Shown here: positions 1-10,100 of the stretch, in pieces
Layout of the letters: every line of letters starts with the position of its first letter
Numbering within the stretch: position 1 is the first letter of the stretch
Assembly (NCBI GenBank): GCA_965655095.1
Contig: OZ296653.1
Span: forward strand, 26,908,001-26,972,000
Origin: Haplodiscus bocki
Taxonomy: Eukaryota
DNA length: 64,000 bases
Reading direction: 5' to 3'
The notes under the pieces: generated by a model
Seen by the model: the letters and a program-made list of their open reading frames with translations, nothing else
Databases searched by the model: none
Told to the model about the DNA's origin: nothing
Position numbers and translations under genes: made by a program

Positions 1-99
1 ACGTTCCAATAAAAATTGTCAAAAAATAAAACTTCGGTCAGTAACAACAGAAAGGACCTCCCCTCTGACAAATGCGCACAGTTATTTTTCGAAGGTAAG

Positions 100-790
100 G
101 CTTGAACAAACAACCGCTCAGCACACTCGCGACGATTTCAGATGTTCCCGTATATAGCAATCTATCCTGGTCGACTCACATCAAAGAACGCCTTTGCAAA
201 GCTGACAAAATGTTACACTGCTTACGACGTAACGTTGCGTATCTATGAAAACAGTCGTCAAATTGGTTCTCTATAAGTCCATAATTCTGACAATTGTCAG
301 TTATGGCCTGAGTTGTGCACAGCTGACAAGAGGGAGCATCTGAGCTCTTGAAATTTCCCCAGTAGAAATCTTTGAAATGGGTGTGGTACTTCAGGTAAAG
401 ATCCGCAGTACAACGAACAGCTGTAGCTGCTAAAAGTCTTTCATCTTCCCCTCTTTCTGCAAACAAACGCATCTCTTTTCCAACTAAGTTGTATCAAGAT
501 GAGGAATTTAAAAGCATTGAGGTACCATTTTCTACCGAAATAGGAGATCGGAATGTGGCCTTATTCAATTTGCCAAAACGAAGAACAGAAAGAGATATGG
601 GCGAGGTTATCCACTTCAAACGCAGGATTGCCGAAAGAACAAATTGTTATGTCAACTTGGAAACCGAGGGCTGAAAAACCAAGTCCTCAGTCTCGTAGAA
701 GTTCGTGAATGAGAAGTACTCACCCGACAACTGGTGTTCTTAGCAGCTGTGTTGCGACTATCAAGACTGCAGAGATAAGTGGGTGATATT
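100..790 (+). mobile_element. Decayed non-LTR (LINE) retrotransposon remnant, RT C-terminal region
   Basis: Broken reading frames give HIKERLCKADKMLHCLRRNV...KSIILTIVSYGLSC, resembling the post-RT 'HI..K..R.L..L.R / Y.S.I.P.L.YG' region of CR1/L2/RTE-type ORF2. Multiple stops and frameshifts; boundaries approximate. Confidence 0.5.
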
Positions 791-1331
791 CTTTTGTGAT
801 ACTGCCAAAAAGAGCCACAGGAACGTCCGGTTTACGAGAAAAAAGACCACCAGTTGAGGCAACCAAATTTGGACAAGAAATAAGACTATTTCCCTCTCGT
901 ATACTGCGTTCTTATCAGATATAATGTTTATGTTTCCTAGTGAAAATGGATGCTCTATCTGTTTTGAATAAAAAGTTTTCTTCTTTCTTCTTTCTTCTAA
1001 AAAAATGCCAGGGCGAGATCCGCGCATCTTGACTGCAAATCATCAACAGCAACAAAAAGGTTTTTGCCAACCAGTGGTTTCTCAGATTATTTACAAGTTT
1101 TAGACTCCAGTTTGGGTACATCATTTGCTTTCATAGCCCTTACTGATCAAGTATTTTGCCAGAGCTGTTCCTCGCCTAATTAAGGAATTAGGTGTAACTT
1201 TGGTCACCGTTGGTTATTTTCGGAAAGTCCTAAGGGAAAGCTACGAAATGCATTGAGCTTTGACACCATTTTTTGTCCCTTTAGAGTTTGCATATTCTTA
1301 GCTTGTGAAAGGGTTGTTTTTTTCAGTAGTC

Positions 1332-2375
1332 ATGTCTGTAGTTTCGTATGTTTATGAATCATTATGGGAAGACCGTGAAGTCAAATTCGATCTTGGCAAA
1401 AACTTGTTGCGCCCTCGGGCAGGTGAATTTGTCATAGACCGACTAGAGGGCGTTGAGGATACGAAGGGCAACAATGGAGAAAAAGGTCGACTGATTGTCA
1501 CAAATCTCCGTCTAATCTGGCACGCCTTGGAGTACCCCAAAATTAATCTATCTATTGGCCTTGGTAACATTTTGAACCTTACTAAAAAGTTATCATCATC
1601 AAAACTTCGTGGTGGCGAAACCGAGTCTTTGTATATCTTGACAAAATATAACAACACCAAGTTTGAATTTATATTTACAAGCATAATTCCTGGAAATCCC
1701 AGACTCTATACTACTGTACATAGTGTACATAGAGCGTATGAAACGTCAAAGCTGTACCGTGAGCTGAAACTTAGAACTGCAGTTTTGGAGGGAAAGGAAT
1801 TGAATTTGCTTCCACTGGAAAAATTGTGCTCAAAGGTAGATGGAGCCTGGAACTTGTCAAACGACCAAGGAAACTTGGGAGTCATGTATATCACTAATGT
1901 TCGCGTCGTATGGCATGCGATGCCCAAAACTAACTTCAACGTTTCCATTCCCTGGGTACAAATAAAAACCATTAAGGTGAGAAACTCCAGATTTGGGCCT
2001 GCTTTGGTTATTGAGTCCTCCAAAATCAGCGGCGGGTACGTTTTGGGCTTCAAAATAGACCCGGAAGATAAATTAACGGATGTGCTGAAACAATTGCTGG
2101 CTTTTTATGAGACGTACTACAAGAAACCACAGCTTGGAGTCGAATATATTCTCGAAAATTCCAAGGCTGGAATTGGGGACGCAGCTAAAGCGTTAGAGAA
2201 TCTGGTGGATGATGTGGAAATAGAGACCGGAAATCAAGATACATTGGCTGCTTACTATAACGCAGGTGGAGATAGTGACAGTAAAAGAGAAATTGTGTAC
2301 TCCGATGTTCTGGGTCTGGCTATTGAAAAACCAAAAGAGGGTTTTACTATTCAGAGTTTGTGGGAACTCAACTGA
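1332..2375 (+). CDS. BBS5: Bardet-Biedl syndrome 5 protein (BBSome subunit, tandem PH-like domains), single coding exon, 347 aa
   Basis: Translation MSVVSYVYESLWEDREVKFD...VEDTKGNNGEKGRLIVTNLRLIWH...WNLSNDQGNLG...TNVRVVWHA...FNVSIP...SGGYVLGFKIDP...LGLAIEKPKEGFTIQSLWE follows the known BBS5 family along its whole length. ATG at 1332 aligns with the family N-terminus; the ORF-track start at 1305 is a GTG. Confidence 0.95.
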   Translation: MSVVSYVYESLWEDREVKFDLGKNLLRPRAGEFVIDRLEGVEDTKGNNGEKGRLIVTNLRLIWHALEYPKINLSIGLGNILNLTKKLSSSKLRGGETESLYILTKYNNTKFEFIFTSIIPGNPRLYTTVHSVHRAYETSKLYRELKLRTAVLEGKELNLLPLEKLCSKVDGAWNLSNDQGNLGVMYITNVRVVWHAMPKTNFNVSIPWVQIKTIKVRNSRFGPALVIESSKISGGYVLGFKIDPEDKLTDVLKQLLAFYETYYKKPQLGVEYILENSKAGIGDAAKALENLVDDVEIETGNQDTLAAYYNAGGDSDSKREIVYSDVLGLAIEKPKEGFTIQSLWELN

Positions 2376-2959
2376 AAAGTATACTCCCTAATATATTTGT
2401 TTTCAGGTATTAAAGATGAAAACGACTAGATTATTTAATGTAAATACTATTCTGATTGCTTAATTACTTATTGCAATTGTAAATGTAAGCATGTATGTAA
2501 TGTTAAGGTGTAAATTATGTAGATAATTTGCTGTTGTTTCGAATTGTACCGTGGTAGAAAAATCTTCCTCGACAAATGAAATTTCTAAATGCAATTTTCA
2601 GTTTTCATCTCATATTGAGCTTTTTTCGTAGCGATTTATAGAAGGTTTTAATTCAGAAGGATCCGCTCTATTAAATACAATGTTTGAATTGGGAAAAGCA
2701 GGCGTTGTGAACTGTGAAATTAAGATAACATTCGCTTTATTAAGTTATTCGTAGCAAATAGTAAATATTTGAGTATAAATAATTTGATTTAGAAACTTTT
2801 TGCAAACATTGGAGAGGATCGATAAAGGGCGTATAAAACCGACTTACTGTCTCCACGTGCAGCCACAGTCGTAAAGCTGACCATTTATCCTAGAAACGTA
2901 CAAAAATCAAAAAAAAAACTTGACAATAAACCTTGTTGAAGACCAATAGAAAACTTGAA

Positions 2960-4695
2960 GAACAATGTCAGTGAAATATTTTCAAGTGTACACTCATCAT
3001 CAGCATACAGTCTAAAAATAAAAAAAAATCAAGCTTGAAGTTATTCAAATCAGTCACTAGGAATTTCAGCATGAGGTGAAGTCTATGCTCACATAACCAG
3101 AGTGGTTTTCATTTGCACATGCGACTCCAGGCTTCACAATCGGATGGTGAGTGGGCGCTGTCGGTATTCGTCTCGAGAATTTAGTGCATGTTTTTCTTTC
3201 GCTATGAAGCCTCCAGGGTTAACAGTTTATTTTGGTTATTGCTCGCCGCAAGTACATCAGCCAGTCCAATCTTGATTTCCGAGACAGCCTTGAAGGTGTT
3301 CACCAATCGGCGCCGATGTCCTTGGGTGCTCAAAAAGTCTGGTTGTGAGATGTACCGTTTAGCCGACATAGCAGGAAATGCATCCCGAACAGACAATTTT
3401 GTAAACCCTACTTCTGAGTTCCTTCGGAACCGGGACCTTAAGAGATGGCAAGGCTGTCTTAAGTTTCCTTGTGAAGATTACTGAGCACGCAGCTGTTTTT
3501 CTGAGTTTGGCAGACAATTGATCAGATATTCGGCCTCGGTATGGAGTCACAAACAAATTTCGAGCTGGGCGCACTTCTCTTTGGTCTTGCAATGTGGTGT
3601 CTGGCTGTGGCGTAGCCTCTTTCGATAATATCTCGATCGTATTTCTGATAATAGGGGCGTAGAAGGTTGGAAGATAATGGTTGGCTTCAAGGTATGTGGT
3701 AAGCCTGTTTACAGCATTGCCAAAATTGGCTCAATTCGACTCAGTGTGGTGGATACGGTGGATTTCGCCTTCTACGTTTGGTTTACATTTGGTGGGGGCA
3801 CAAGCAAAATAGGACAGGTATACACCTGTGTCAGAGGGCTTCGTGTACCAGTATAAGCTCAACCTGTTTTGGCTGCGGGTAACCAGCAAGACCAGAAAAG
3901 CAAGTTCGCTGTGTGTTTCATGCTCAATTGTGAATTCAAGATTCAGATGGAGCGTGTTAGCTGTCTTGAACACGTTTTCAACCTCGTCGCGTCTTACCGA
4001 CCGTATAATGTTGTCCACATAACGTGCGAATATCTTCGCTGGAACAGAAAGGGGGTTCAACCATGTTCCAATGGGGTGTTGTTTGCGAGCATCTTCACGT
4101 CCATTCGCATTCTATTGATCTTCGAAGTTCCGAAATCGAGAGCCTGGTGCATCGGCGGTGAAACCAATCACCGCAAATGCAACATTGAACTGAATTACCT
4201 CCAACGTTTCCGCTGCATGCCCCGCATGGAAAAAACACATTTGCCACGATTGGGAAAGCTGTCCCGGGTCTGTCATTCTGCATGAAATTTCCTCTTCCTG
4301 CAATCACAGTTCCAAACTGTTTCATCCAAATGTTTGCCTGGTAAACAGCAAGTTTTGACCCCATCGGTAATCAATCTATTTGCGAGCTTTGCCCAATTCA
4401 GCCTTCAAGAGGCGTCTCTGGAAATTCTGCACAATGGGGGGCTCGAAACACCCGTTTTTTGGGATCCGGAATCTAAGAAAATTCGGGATCACATCGTTGA
4501 TCAAACACTCTTCCAAAAAAACAATGCACAGCTCAGTGATTTGAGTCGTCTGATTGCATTTTTGATACGCCGAGAAAAGATTCCACTTTTTGCATAGGAA
4601 CAATGTCTTTTTCAGAAATCGAAAGCGAAGAAACATTGACGGATAAATATCATCAGCAATGCAGTCTAAAAAAACACCAAAAATCAAGCATGCTA
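2960..4695 (-). mobile_element. Penelope-like retroelement remnant (RT + GIY-YIG endonuclease), internally deleted and frameshifted
   Basis: Minus-strand pieces in Penelope order: N-terminal FLEECLINDVIPNFLRF, motif PMGSKLAVYQANIWM, ARYVDNI (YVDD), thumb LEFTIEHE...LAFLVLLV...WYTKPSDTGVYL, and GIY-YIG VYKIVCSGCISCYVG. A related ~45-nt block (catcagca..cagtctaaaaa..aatcaagc) at ~2997-3035 and ~4651-4693 suggests pseudo-LTR repeats. Confidence 0.85.
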
Positions 4696-6990
4696 CCGGA
4701 ATTTTTTCAGCACAATTCCGGAAATTTTTCGCTCAAAGTCCGAAAACGATCAAGAATGAACAAAATTTTTACGAGTTAAAGTATGTGGAAGTCCTCCTCC
4801 GAACACATAGAACTGCTTTGACAACCCCGCTGACACCTAACCGCTCAAATTCCGGAAATATTTGTAGGTTCATGAATTTTGTTTCAAAAGTTTGTCCCCG
4901 ATCCTCTGGGTGCACAATATTCTTTTTCAACATTTCAATCAAAAGTTGTTTTACCCAAAGTCCCAAAAGACTTCGCTGAAAGCCCAACAAAAATTATGAG
5001 CTTGTCGTTTGTTCTCGATTGCATCCCAGAACTTTCTTCTTGACACGTAGAAAGCAATTGTGACCATCTTGCAGTAACATTGTTGTCAACCGGCTGAAGA
5101 TAACTGAAAATCGAAATTTTTCCAAGAAAATTTTCTTCTCATTGTTTCTGTGGAGAGGTTGAATGCAGTTTTGAAAACCCTTCCTAGAAATTTTAGCTTA
5201 ATGTTTGTAAACTTTCTGATCAGAAACGAATAGTTTTTGACTCAGAGTCCGAAAAAGAACAACAGTTCATTAGGATTTTCTGAGGAAATTCTTTCAAAAT
5301 TTTCTCCCGGACACTTAGACGGCGTTATTAACAAAAACAGCTGAAAAAAATTCTTCCATAGTACAAAAAACTATGAATTTTTGGAAAAAATAAACATTCG
5401 AAAAAGTTCTCCATGACTATTAGAACGCAGTTTTGACAACACCAATTCATAATTCTTTGCTCGAAGTCCCAAAAAGTATTGGTTCGCATTTCTTCGAGTT
5501 TTTTCTTAAAAATATTCCACTGGACATGTGGGAATCAATTTTCAGAACACTACCAAAAAACTTCCTTGCTCGAAGTGCGAAAAAATTTTGAGTATCAAAA
5601 ACTTCTGGGCTGAAAAGGTCCTTCTGTGTTCTTTGAAATTTTTGGTGAGAACCCCAGCGAAACAGCGGAATTTTCTTCTGCACAACGCCAGAATAAATTT
5701 CTAATTTTTCAGATTTTCTCCAAAAATTGTTTTATGAAAGTCAGTTTTGAGAATAACAGTCTTTGTCCAAAATCGAACTTTCTGAGCTAATATCGAGCCT
5801 CCTCGCACCCCAGGGTACCTATGTTTTTCCTGAAGTTCGCGGCAAGTACCTTTTTGGGCCATTTCTTATCAAACGTCGACAGAGATCATAGCAGCGCTGC
5901 TGCACCTCTTGTAAATGTCTATACTCGAGCGTACCGAAGGCTTCACTCAAATCTTTTTAAAGGCTTTATTTCATTTTATTCCGTCTGGAACTGCATTTTA
6001 TTTCTTTTAATATAGCCAATGCGTCAACAGTAGATTGTTTTTAACGAAAGTCGAATTTCTGGTCATAGAAAAACTAAATATTTCCCAGTATGGGTACAAC
6101 CTTTCATGCAGTACTTTCTCCAAGATTTCAATACACTCGAGCAAAAATACAAGTCAATGGTTGTTCTGATCGCTTGCAGGGCTTGCCTGATATAAGGGAA
6201 GAATTTTTATATCTTTCAAACGCTCGGGAAAACGCCAGTCACCAAGGAAAAATACATTATATTTTAAATGGGGTGTAAACCTCAGCCTCACTTTTCCGTA
6301 ACAGTACATTGCTTTTTTCATCGATCTCGCTCGAATGCTTATGTTTTTTGAATCATATAGTAATTTTAACGCATTTTTCGTGCAGAGTCTGAGGCAAACG
6401 TATATTGTGATTGGCATTTCTTACAGCAACTGCAGCAATATTAACTTTGTTCATCGGCTCTGATAGTTTCGAACCGAGTGACAAAGTGTTTATTGACATG
6501 AATTTTCTGTCCTTAGAATTGACGAAATTTTTCCCGTCGTGTCTGAGCTTGTCACTTCTTGTTCTTATCAATTTTTCCAATGAGTTTGCCTATTAACTTG
6601 AATACTGGCTTCGAACCCCCAATACATTTTTGAACTTTTCAAACAATTGGTTTTGTCGCAGGCTGCCGCCTGTGACGGCCAAGTCTACACGGTAAACTGT
6701 AACAACACACAGCCAGGTACATAAACCAAGTTTCTGCCTTTTTTGAAGATTTAAAAAATTCTAAAAACCAATTAACTGTAAGTACTGTACAAATTCCCCC
6801 ACTTTAGAGAATACACTACACCTACTTATATAAATTTACTCATGTTTATATATTTAGATACATATTTTATTACTGTGTAAAATCCATACTAAAAGCAAGA
6901 GCGCTAGCATCAATTGAGAAAACAATTTAAGCGAACATTTACAGTACTTAACTAATGCACAAATACTGTACTGGAACCTGATTGGTAAAA
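3631..6990 (+). repeat. Segmental duplication unit X, copy 1 (direct copy at ~42499-45858)
   Basis: tctcgatcgtatttctgataataggggcgtag at 3631 recurs at 42499. The ORF track repeats identically or nearly so (3731/42598, 3869/42736, 4659/43524, 4769/43634). Confidence 0.9.
5760..6653 (-). mobile_element. Decayed LINE reverse-transcriptase fragment (copies at ~7200-8090 + and ~44620-45519 -)
   Basis: Minus-strand translation across stops gives YDQKFDFR*KQSTVDALAIL...KDLSEAFGTLEY, a degenerate QFGFRxxxSTxDAL...DLSKAFDT non-LTR RT motif. Confidence 0.6.
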
Positions 6991-7010
6991 ACAGATTGGA
7001 GCCTGATTGG
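6654..7010 (+). mobile_element. Truncated LTR 5' fragment of Gypsy family B
   Basis: Begins TGTCGCAGGCTGCCGCCTGTGACGG, as do the LTRs at 39581 and 45520, and follows the 45520 LTR to ggaacctgattggtaaaaaca. Confidence 0.85.
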
Positions 7011-7014
7011 TAAG

Positions 7015-7199
7015 TAAGTTTGTATATGTAGGTATAACGTATTCTCTAAAATGGGGGAAACTTGTCCAGCACTTACATTCAATTGGATTTTAGAATTTTT
7101 TATCTTCAAACAAGGGCAATGAGTTGGTTTGTGTACCTAGCTGTGTGTTGCTATAGTTTACCGTGTAGACTTGGCCGTCACAGGCGGCAGCCTGCGACA
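7015..7199 (-). mobile_element. Inverted truncated LTR 5' fragment of Gypsy family B
   Basis: ccgtcacaggcggcagcctgcgaca (ending 7199) is the reverse complement of the LTR start, with the same flanking LINE sequence as 6654 and 45520. Confidence 0.85.
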
Positions 7200-10100
7200 A
7201 ACAATTTTTTGAAAGATTCAAAAATGTATTGGGGATTGATGCGAGTATTCAAGTTAATTCGCGAACTCGGTAGAAAAACCGATAAGAACAAGAATTGACA
7301 AGCCTAGATACTATTGGGGAAAATTCGTCAATTCTATGGACAGAAAATTCATGTCAATAAATACTTTGTCACTCGGTTCGAAACTATCAGAGCCGATGAA
7401 CAAAGTTATAATTGCTTCAGTTTCTGTAAGAAATGTCAATCACACTAGAGGTTTGCCTCAGACTCCGCACGAAAAATGCGTTAAAATTACTATATGTTTC
7501 AAAAATAAGCATTCGAGCGAGATCGATGAAAAAAGCAATGTACTGTTACGGAAATTGAGGCTGAGGTTTACACCCCATTTAAAATAAAATGTATTTTTCC
7601 TTGGTGACTGGCGTTTTGCCGAGCGTTTGAAAGCTATAAAAATTCTTCCCTTATATAAGGCAAGCCCTGCAAACGGTCAGAACAACCATTGACTTGTATT
7701 TTTGCTCCAGTGTATTGAAATCTTGGAAAAAATACTGCATGAAATGTTGTACCCATACTTGGAAATATTTAGTTTTTCTATGACCAGAAATTCGATTTTC
7801 GTTAAAAACAATCTACTGTTGACGCATTGGCTATATTAAAAAAATAAAATGCAGTTCCAGACGAAATAAAATGAAATAAAGCCTTTAAAAAGATTGGAGT
7901 GAAGCCTTCGGTACGCTCGAGTATAGACATTTACAAGAGGTGCAGCAGCGCTGCTATGATCTCTGTCGACGTTTGATAAGAAATGGCCCAAAAATGTACT
8001 TGCTGCGAACTTCAGGAAAAACATAGGTACCCTGGGGTGCGAGGAGGCTCGATATTAGCTCAGAAACTTCGATTTTGGACAAAGACTGTTATTCTCAAAA
8101 CTGACTTTCATAAAACAATTTTTGGAGAAAATCTGAAAAATTAGAAATTTATTCTGGCGTTGCGCAGAAGAAAATTCCGCTGTTTCGCTGGGGTTCTCAC
8201 CAAAAATTTCAAAGAACACAGAAGGACCTTTTCAGCCCAGAAGTTTTTGATACTCAAAATTTTTTCGCACTTCGGGCAAGGAAGTTTTTTGGTAGTGTTC
8301 TGAAAATTGATTCCTACATTTCCAGTGGAATATTTTTAGGAAAAAACTCGAAGAAATGCGAACCAATACTTTTTGGGACTTCGAGCAAAGAATTATGAAT
8401 TGGTGTTGTCAAAACTGCGTTCTAATAGTCATGGAGAACTTTTTCGAATGTTTATTTTTTCCAAAAATTCATAGTTTTTTGTACTATGGAAGAATTTTTT
8501 TCAGCTGTTTTTGTTAAAAATGCCGTCTAAGTGTCCGGGGGAAAAGTTTGAATGAATTTTCTCAAAAATTCCCGTTGAACTGTTGTTCTTTTTCGGACTC
8601 TGAGTCAAAAACTATTCGTTTCTGATCAGAAAGTTTACAAACATTAGGCTAAAATTTCTAGGAAGGGTTTTCAAAACTGCATTCAACCTCTCCACAGAAA
8701 CAATGAGAAGAAAATTTTCATGGAAAAGTTTCGATTTTCAGTTATCATGTAGCATGCTTGATTTTTGGTGTATTTTTAGACTGTATTGCTGACGATATTT
8801 ATCCGTCAATGTTCCTTCCCTTTCGACTTCTGAAAAGGACATTGCACCAATAGAAAACTTGTTGGGAACACAGAAAGAGAAGCAGATCGTTGGAAGCGTT
8901 CAAAAAATGACAAAAAAGTTCAAGTAAAAAATATAACAACAAAAACTGGGATCACAGAAACGAGTTGAAAATTTTGTTTTGATAATTGCAAAATCAGGTC
9001 GAGAAAACGTCGATATGTTGAGAACGAAGACAACTTAGGCGCTCGTGTTTCGCCTGGAAAAATGCGTTTTGATCAATTAATAGGGAAAATCCTCGAGACC
9101 TCGCTCTGAAAGTGGAAGACCAGAGGAGCCTCCAAATGCCTGGTGCATCCTGTGGACCGATAATGGGATTTGCGAAGAACACTGAGAAAACTAGGGAAAG
9201 AAATTTTTGGTTACCAGCTGCGTTATTGTTGTATTCAAAAACCCTTGTGCAGATAACCGAGATAAGGGAACGGATCCGAATGCTGATCCTTTCTTCAAAT
9301 TACGTATTCACAATTTCAATATTTGCAATTGAACATTTATCTTTGACAATGTAAACAAACTCTGACATTTCAATTTCATCCACTTCGCCACCTTATTGTT
9401 GGTAAGGTAGACTCGAGTTAGATTGTACCCTGATCATTACAATATCCGTTTTAATTGTATCAAGTAAATTTTGTCTAATCACCACTGCTTTTGAATTCGC
9501 TTTCATGTACCCTTTGTGATTGCGAATTTTACAGTCTAGTCTTCTTTCACTTCCCGTAGAACTCGAACTAATTTTTTGTGAAATTTTAATCAAAAGCTGC
9601 GATCTGATGAGTGAATTACCCACAGGAAGTGAAGACTTCGAAAGCTAACGGACTTACAAGTCATGGAAGTTCAGCATGTTGTTTGTAAGCCAAAAGTCGG
9701 AAGATCCGTCAAATTTCCTGTAACAAATGAGTCATGAGTTTTCGCTGCAACAACAGTATGGGATTGAGTACTGAGATCCTAGTGTAACTACACAGCAAGA
9801 TATCAGACTAAATGGCAAGTTTTACGTGATAACAAGCGGCGAAGAGCCAAATTGTCACCGCCGGTGTGGCTCAAAGGACTCTCATAGGACGGACTTGATT
9901 TTAATGTTTGAAACAAAAATGTTTTTTTTTTTTGGTTTTAAGAGTATGAAAACAGATTGTGATAGGATTCGAACACGCTGCTTACCGATTTGTTAGACCT
10001 AATTGGGGTTTTCGCAGATTGGAGCTTCTGATGGAAAAGGCTCAAAATTGCAGAAACTTTTTTCGTCCAAAGTCCGAATAGTTTTCTAAAATCTGGAACA

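Larger units (their letters stand above)
5099..8746. repeat. Inverted repeat (~1.7-kb arms, 5099-~6840 and ~7015-8746) centred on family-B LTR fragments
   Basis: Mirror-image ORFs 5821+/7836- and 6353-/7336+. gataactgaaaatcgaa at 5099 mirrors ttcgattttcagttatc ending at 8746. Confidence 0.9.

Noticed and set aside
761-1124. Divergent gene upstream of BBS5
   Set aside because: Short low-complexity ORFs with no recognisable motif or consistent splice structure.
1305-1331. BBS5 N-terminal extension from the GTG at 1305
   Set aside because: Eukaryotic gene; the ATG at 1332 matches the family N-terminus.
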